From Candidatus Poribacteria bacterium (GTDB taxonomy: Bacteria > Poribacteria > WGA-4E > UBA9662), in the NCBI GenBank assembly GCA_046582655.1, contig JAYGDX010000044.1, positions 1 to 13,514 on the forward strand: a stretch of DNA of 13,514 bases, given 5' to 3'. Shown piece after piece: positions 8,524 to 13,514 of the stretch (its first letter is position 1; each line of letters starts with the position of its first letter). A model generated the notes under the pieces. The model was not told where the DNA came from. It searched no databases and saw only the letters and a list, made by a program, of their open reading frames with translations. A program made the position numbers and the translations under genes.

Positions 8524-10077
8524 TTGAGCCCAGAAAATGAAGTTGACTACACCTCACGTGTTCCACAGTATACATTTGCTGACACATTGGAAGAACAGGA
8601 AGCACAACTAAAAACCAACCCTCTGATGCTACGGTTGATTGAGGCTAGGAAATCAATAGCGGGAGAATCGCACCGGCCTATCTATCATTACGTCAATCCG
8701 GAACACACGCTGAACGATCCCAACGGCCTCTGTTTTTGGCAGGGACGCTGGCATCTTTTCTATCAAGCATATCCGCCAGAGGATCCGCGTCAACACTGGG
8801 GGCACGCTATAAGTGACGATCTGATCCATTGGCAAGATCTACCATATGCTATTTATCCGAATCCGGAACATTGTTGTTTTTCTGGTGCCACGTTGGTGGA
8901 AGACAACCGAGTAATCGCTATCTATCATGGAACGAAAGTTGGAAACATGGTGGCGATATCGAGCGACCCGCTTTTACTGAACTGGGAGAAAGTCACTGGC
9001 AAAGCTGTTATTCCGATGACAAGTCCAGACGGTTCGCCGCTGCCTTATCGTGTATTTGATCCCTGTATCTGGAAGAAGGACGGCGTCTATTACTCGCTGT
9101 CAGGTGGCACGCTGCCACATGGTCCTGGCGGCCAGCCGATTCGCGCCAATTTCCTGCTTCGTTCGGTGAATCTGGCCAATTGGGAGTATCTACATCCGTT
9201 TGTCGAGGATGACCGGTTCACACTGGTGGGAGATGATGGCGCCTGCCCATATTTTTGGCCGATAGGTGATCGACATATCCTGCTATTTTATAGTCACATG
9301 AGCGGTGGTCAGTATCTTTTAGGTGACTACGACACACAGCGTGACAAGTTTATAGTGACGGCCCACGACAAAAACAATTTCGGACCGTCAGGCCCAGCGG
9401 GTGTGCATGCTCCTTCTGCTACCCCTGATGGTAAGGGTGGATTGATAGTCATCTATAACATGAATCCGGCAAAGCCTTCCCAGGGCTGGAATCAAATTAT
9501 GACTTTGCCCCGACACCTGACGCTGATTGGTAAGGACGAGCTGGGAGTTGAACCTGCTGGAGATATCGAATCGCTCCGTTGTGATCACCAACACGTCGAT
9601 GGAATGCCTCTGCCAGCCAATCAAGAGGTAGTATTGGACAATATCCAGGGAAACGCTATGGAGATAATGGTCGAGATTAACCCTAAAAGCGCGCCTCTGG
9701 TGGAGCTCAATGTTTTGCGTTCACCCAACAGAGAAGAGTTTACCCGCATCGCCTTCTTCAAAGACCGAGGATACAGAAGACTAGGTCGGCATTACAGTTG
9801 GATTACGATTGATTCATCCTATTCATCAGTTCTGCCAGATGCACGGTCGCGAGCGCCTGAGACAGCTCCCGTTTTTATTGGGCAGGATGAGCCGCTCAGG
9901 TTACGAGTGTTCGTTGATCGAAGCGTGGTTGAGGTATTCATCAACGGAAAGCAGTGCGTTGCCATGCGTGTCTATCCCGGTCTTGAAAATAGCGTTGGCA
10001 TATCCTTGCGTTCACAAGGACAGGATAGTGAGCTCAATTGGCTGGATGCTTGGCAGATGAAGAACATCTATCAATGA
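8524..10077 (+). CDS. Glycoside hydrolase family 32-like protein (five-bladed beta-propeller + beta-sandwich), non-canonical active site
   Basis: RPIYHY, LNDPNG, WHLFYQ, HWGHAISDDLIHW, CFSG, FDP, GACP, MTLPR.L and LRVFVDRSVVEVFING. The likely start is TTG 8524 after AAGGA (8512-8516) rather than 8395, which lies in the promoter. No obvious signal peptide. Confidence 0.88.
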   Translation: MSPENEVDYTSRVPQYTFADTLEEQEAQLKTNPLMLRLIEARKSIAGESHRPIYHYVNPEHTLNDPNGLCFWQGRWHLFYQAYPPEDPRQHWGHAISDDLIHWQDLPYAIYPNPEHCCFSGATLVEDNRVIAIYHGTKVGNMVAISSDPLLLNWEKVTGKAVIPMTSPDGSPLPYRVFDPCIWKKDGVYYSLSGGTLPHGPGGQPIRANFLLRSVNLANWEYLHPFVEDDRFTLVGDDGACPYFWPIGDRHILLFYSHMSGGQYLLGDYDTQRDKFIVTAHDKNNFGPSGPAGVHAPSATPDGKGGLIVIYNMNPAKPSQGWNQIMTLPRHLTLIGKDELGVEPAGDIESLRCDHQHVDGMPLPANQEVVLDNIQGNAMEIMVEINPKSAPLVELNVLRSPNREEFTRIAFFKDRGYRRLGRHYSWITIDSSYSSVLPDARSRAPETAPVFIGQDEPLRLRVFVDRSVVEVFINGKQCVAMRVYPGLENSVGISLRSQGQDSELNWLDAWQMKNIYQ

Positions 10078-10185
10078 AGGTTCTTCTGCCTTTACTTCTC
10101 TGGTCAAAGTGACCATCCTACTTGGCGTTTTGATCTAATGCAACGTGTCGGGTCTTCGTATGTGTGGGCATAGCGTTGTTCACAC

Positions 10186-11590
10186 TTAGATAATTCCTAG
10201 TTTCCGCAGTCTTGTTTCCATTCCCATCTCCGAACCCAGAGAATGTAGGGTTTTCTGCAGTTCTCTCACCTCCAAGTGACGAGGTTCAACTCTGTTTTTG
10301 ACGGCTAGAGAGGCTGCCACTCTGGCCGCTTGCCCCATCAGTTGCACGCAATACCTCTGTCGAATCTGAGGGCCACGTTTGACCGCGCTTTTGCCAGCGG
10401 CCAGCAGACCATCCACTTTGACTGGTAGCAGCATCCGGTAAGGGATATCGCAGCCTCCCGGGTAGTACTTTTTATCGTCATAGTAGATGCAGATCACATC
10501 GTCGAAACGAGCACTTCGGGCAACGTCTTCGGCCGTTACGATATAGACGCTTTCGAGGCTCTTACCACCCCGTGCACAGGTGAGTGGAGCCACAACATGT
10601 AAGTCCGACTCCTCAAAGCCAGGGACATGCGTGCGGAGGAACCTAGCAAATTCGTAGATATAGGCACGTTCCTTCTGAGCAATACGAGACATGGCCAACC
10701 CATCGCCTGGATTGAAGTTACCATTAATTTGTGTACGACCGTATGCTAGGGAAGGACGCCCGCGTGGTGGTTTGATACTTATCTCCAGAGTGGCGAAATC
10801 GTCAACTGTCTCCACGATCCGAAACTCTCCTTTTTCCCAAGCCTGACGCGCTCAGGGCATAAAACTGTTTGGAATAGGATGTGGATGTGCGTTCATCCAG
10901 TCCGTTTCGGGGGTACGGGGCTTGTCTGGTTAGCGAGTACTGGTAACGTTTCCAGTTGACATTAGCGATAGCGAAGAAAGTACCAGCAGAAGGATTGCGA
11001 GGTTGTTCAACCACCGCCGCGCCAGCACGATCGGCCACATCAGCCATGCCTGTGCAATCGATAATTACCTTTGACTTGATTGCCAAAGTCCCGGATTTGT
11101 TCTCTACCAAGAGTCCGCAGGCTTTATAGTCTTCCATGATGACGCCGGAAACTACACTAGAAAGGAGCATTTCAGCCCCTGCTTCTTCCAACATCTTGAT
11201 GGCTATATAGGAAGCGCTGTGGTGGTCGCGAAAATAGTCGGCACCGACCAGACGGTCTTCGCCTGCTACCATGCGCTGATTGAATTCCGCGGGGATCCCC
11301 CCTAGACCGGTGGGGAAGGCCTCAGGGTTTTGTAGAGCCAAATGGAGCGATCCGCCAACGAACATGGCTGGTCCCATGTTGCCTCCCAAAGAAATACATG
11401 ATTCCACAAGCAGGCAACTGGCGACCTGTCATGCCGCGGCGATAGCGACGATGATTCCTCCCACACCACCAGCCACAATCACATCCACGTTGGCAATCAC
11501 CGGTATACATCTCGCTGGAAGCTCCACTTCCTCCTTTATTTTCCAGCGACTGCTGCTGTTGACCGTCAATTCGGTGCCACCATCTACCAT
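10186..11590 (-). pseudogene. FAD-dependent oxidoreductase (FAD_oxidored / PF12831-like), disrupted
   Basis: EVELPARCIPVIANVDVIVAGGVGGIIVAIAAA* (TGA 11429-11431) QVASCLLVE...LGGN, then VENKSG, IIDCTGMADVADRAGA. A frameshift at ~10915 and a TGA at 10852-10854 (FMP*ARQAWEKGEF) follow. The C-terminus has DIPYRMLLPVKVDGLLAAGK and MGQAA.VAASLAVK. The start (ATG 11590) is uncertain. Confidence 0.85.
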
Positions 11591-11776
11591 TTCATTAGCT
11601 GGCTTGCCTTCAGTGAACCAGATTCCGTTATTACAACACCTGTCTTTTTCCCCATCTATTTTACCACTGTTGTCAGGTCTAGGTACTTAATGCCTCTCCG
11701 GCAAAGGTTCGAGGTTGCCAACAGCTGATCAAATCATTGTGTCTTATTAATCGGAAGTCTGTTATTTGCAGTCGTT

Positions 11777-13048
11777 CTAAATCAAATTTCCGCTGGCTTC
11801 AATAACTCGTGTTCTGGCAATTAAGTCATGCAGGCAACGGTTGTTAACGTTAACAAATATACTGAAACCTGAAACAACCATGACAACCAAGATAAGACAA
11901 TAAAGAAGATACAGGTGAAATCCGGTGAACAAGTAAGTTAAACTGCTTGTCCAACCAAGGATGTGGAGTTTGGTCAAGAGTTCTCGAACTAAAACAACTT
12001 GCACGAACTTCACCTTACTAAGATGATCACCGTCTACAATTCTTATTTTTAACAACAGTTTCCCAATCGTCTGTCCGCGGGCTGCTAACAATAGATACTG
12101 AACAGCTAAATAGAGCAAGGATAGTATGATCGGCAATTGTCCATTCAGGGAAAAGCCTTTCTGTTGGAGATGCAAATCAAACCATCTAGAAAAGTGTTCA
12201 ATATCCAGCAACAGGGTTAACCAACCATGTCGCTTTCCCTGTTTTTGGATCAGTTTTATTTTTACGCCCTGATCTTGGGCACGATCGACAAACCATTCGG
12301 ATTGCTCAATTGGTACCAGCGTATCAGCATCACCATGGATAATCAGTACTGGCGGAGTGTTCCGGCTGAGGTGATAAATAGGTGAAAGTCTCCGACCAAC
12401 TCGTTTCCAATCCTCCATGTTGTCGGGGGCTATACCGAAAACATTTCTGAAATGTAGTGGAGGTCCGCCATTACCGGGATTTTCAGTTGAGCTACCTAGA
12501 TTCAGCAGATCCGTCGGTGGATAAAAAACGGCAACAGCCTCTATCAGATTCCTTGATTCTCCGCTAAATTCATGCCCTCGAGTTGCTAAGAGTAAGCTCA
12601 GGTGTCCACCTGCACTTCCACCAGTTGCCCCTAGGCGGTTGGGGCTAACTCCGTATTCTGCTGCATGCTGTCGTATAAACTTAACTCCTCGCACGATGTC
12701 AGCAAAGATTTGTGGGACATTAGCTTCCGGTTGAGAAAGGTGAGAAATAGCAAAGATGCTATAGCCTCGGCGCAATAATGATTTAAAATAAATCAGATTG
12801 ATATCATCAGGGTCAGATTTCCATGAACCACTATTGACGAAGATAATGCCCAAACCGTTTGGATTGGATGGGCGGATGAAGTCAAAGACGAGGTCATGGC
12901 CTAACCTGTTTCCGTAAATCACGCGTCGGTTTTCTTCGACTTTCCCACTGGACGCTGTTATCCCAACTACAATGGCAATAGTTATTAGGTTATCAACAGA
13001 AAAGGCGAACAGGCGTTTCCATCTGCTGGCGATATCAATTCCTTCCAT
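11777..13048 (-). CDS. RDD-family membrane protein with an internally inserted alpha/beta-hydrolase (HSL/BD-FAE-like esterase) domain
   Basis: The N-terminus ASRWKRLFAFSVDNLI plus a TM helix matches the RDD start. The central domain has NSGSW, DIVRGVKFIRQHAAEYGVSPNRLGATGGSAGGHL, FYPPTDL, PPVLIIHGDADTLVPIEQS and GKRHGW. The C-terminus has a TM helix, GQTIGKLLLKIRIVD, VREL, a further TM helix and NRCLHDLIARTRVI, matching the RDD end. Confidence 0.85.
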   Translation of the reverse strand: MEGIDIASRWKRLFAFSVDNLITIAIVVGITASSGKVEENRRVIYGNRLGHDLVFDFIRPSNPNGLGIIFVNSGSWKSDPDDINLIYFKSLLRRGYSIFAISHLSQPEANVPQIFADIVRGVKFIRQHAAEYGVSPNRLGATGGSAGGHLSLLLATRGHEFSGESRNLIEAVAVFYPPTDLLNLGSSTENPGNGGPPLHFRNVFGIAPDNMEDWKRVGRRLSPIYHLSRNTPPVLIIHGDADTLVPIEQSEWFVDRAQDQGVKIKLIQKQGKRHGWLTLLLDIEHFSRWFDLHLQQKGFSLNGQLPIILSLLYLAVQYLLLAARGQTIGKLLLKIRIVDGDHLSKVKFVQVVLVRELLTKLHILGWTSSLTYLFTGFHLYLLYCLILVVMVVSGFSIFVNVNNRCLHDLIARTRVIEASGNLI

Positions 13049-13235
13049 GCCAAATATTTATTCCACTTTCTCCTTCAATTTAGAATGTCCTTCCCCGTGT
13101 CGATAAAGCATCCTATCGGTTGTTCTTATAACCAACCCAAAGTTCTAGCAGAATAACTATTCTGTCAATTGTGTTTATTCTACTTGATCCTTGATCAGGT
13201 GGAAAACTGCTGGTTCAATAATAGAAACGATATAC

Positions 13236-13275
13236 AAAAAAAGGCCAAATCCATGGCACCGGATTTGGCCTTTTT
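13236..13275 (-). terminator. Rho-independent terminator of groEL (probably bidirectional)
   Basis: AAAAAGGCCAAATCC-atggcacc-GGATTTGGCCTTTTT is a perfect 15-bp inverted repeat with a U7 tract on the minus strand, 20 nt downstream of the groEL stop. Confidence 0.9.
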
Positions 13276-13295
13276 GTAATACGCTCGAACTGTAT

Positions 13296-13514
13296 TTAAT
13301 ACATTCCACCACCCATACCACCACCACCACCTGGTGGTGGGCCTGCAGGCATTGGAGGCGTCTCCTCCGGAATGTCCGCAACTAGGGCTTCCGTGGTTAT
13401 CATCAAACCAGAAATACTTGACGCATTCTGTAAAGCCACACGTACCACTTTGGTCGGATCTATCACACCCGCTTGGAACATATCACTAAACTCATCTCTC
13501 AAGGCGTCATAGCC
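13296..13514 (-). CDS. groEL: Chaperonin GroEL, C-terminal fragment
   Basis: [50 protein letters not shown] followed by the Gly/Met-rich tail [11 protein letters not shown]. The gene continues beyond the window. Confidence 0.97.
   Translation of the reverse strand, partial: GYDALRDEFSDMFQAGVIDPTKVVRVALQNASSISGLMITTEALVADIPEETPPMPAGPPPGGGGGMGGGMY

Noticed and set aside
1724..11431. Stop-codon reassignment or readthrough (TGA/TAG) explaining the in-frame stops
   Set aside because: Intact genes end at TGA (1499, 10075) and TAG (3362). The internal stops replace different expected residues and co-occur with frameshifts in the same genes.
13305..13340. CCACCA repeats as a tandem repeat element
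   Set aside because: They simply encode the normal Gly/Met- and Pro-rich GroEL tail.

Overview
Bacterial genomic window (roughly mid-GC, by eye) that runs from a 5'-truncated TPR/glycosyltransferase gene to the 3' end of groEL and contains about 12 gene-sized units. Six look intact: the TPR + GT9-like glycosyltransferase, a neutral-ceramidase-like amidase, a PhyH-family 2OG-Fe(II) dioxygenase, a GH32-family protein, an RDD-esterase chimera and groEL. Six are clearly broken: a second PhyH, a Gfo/Idh/MocA oxidoreductase, a cupin, an amidohydrolase_2 lactonase, a class C beta-lactamase-like serine hydrolase and an FAD-dependent oxidoreductase. The broken genes are interleaved with intact ones and carry nonsense codons, codon losses and deletions as well as frameshifts, which points to real genome erosion. 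The most unusual intact elements are (i) an RDD membrane protein with a complete alpha/beta-hydrolase inserted between its first and second predicted TM helices, and (ii) a GH32 that lacks the canonical acid/base Glu (ECP->ACP) and the Arg of RDP. A palindromic pair of -35 boxes forming overlapping divergent promoters precedes the GH32. The gene mix is reminiscent of Poribacteria/PVC-like heterotrophs (inference only). No RNA genes, CRISPR arrays or mobile elements were recognised.
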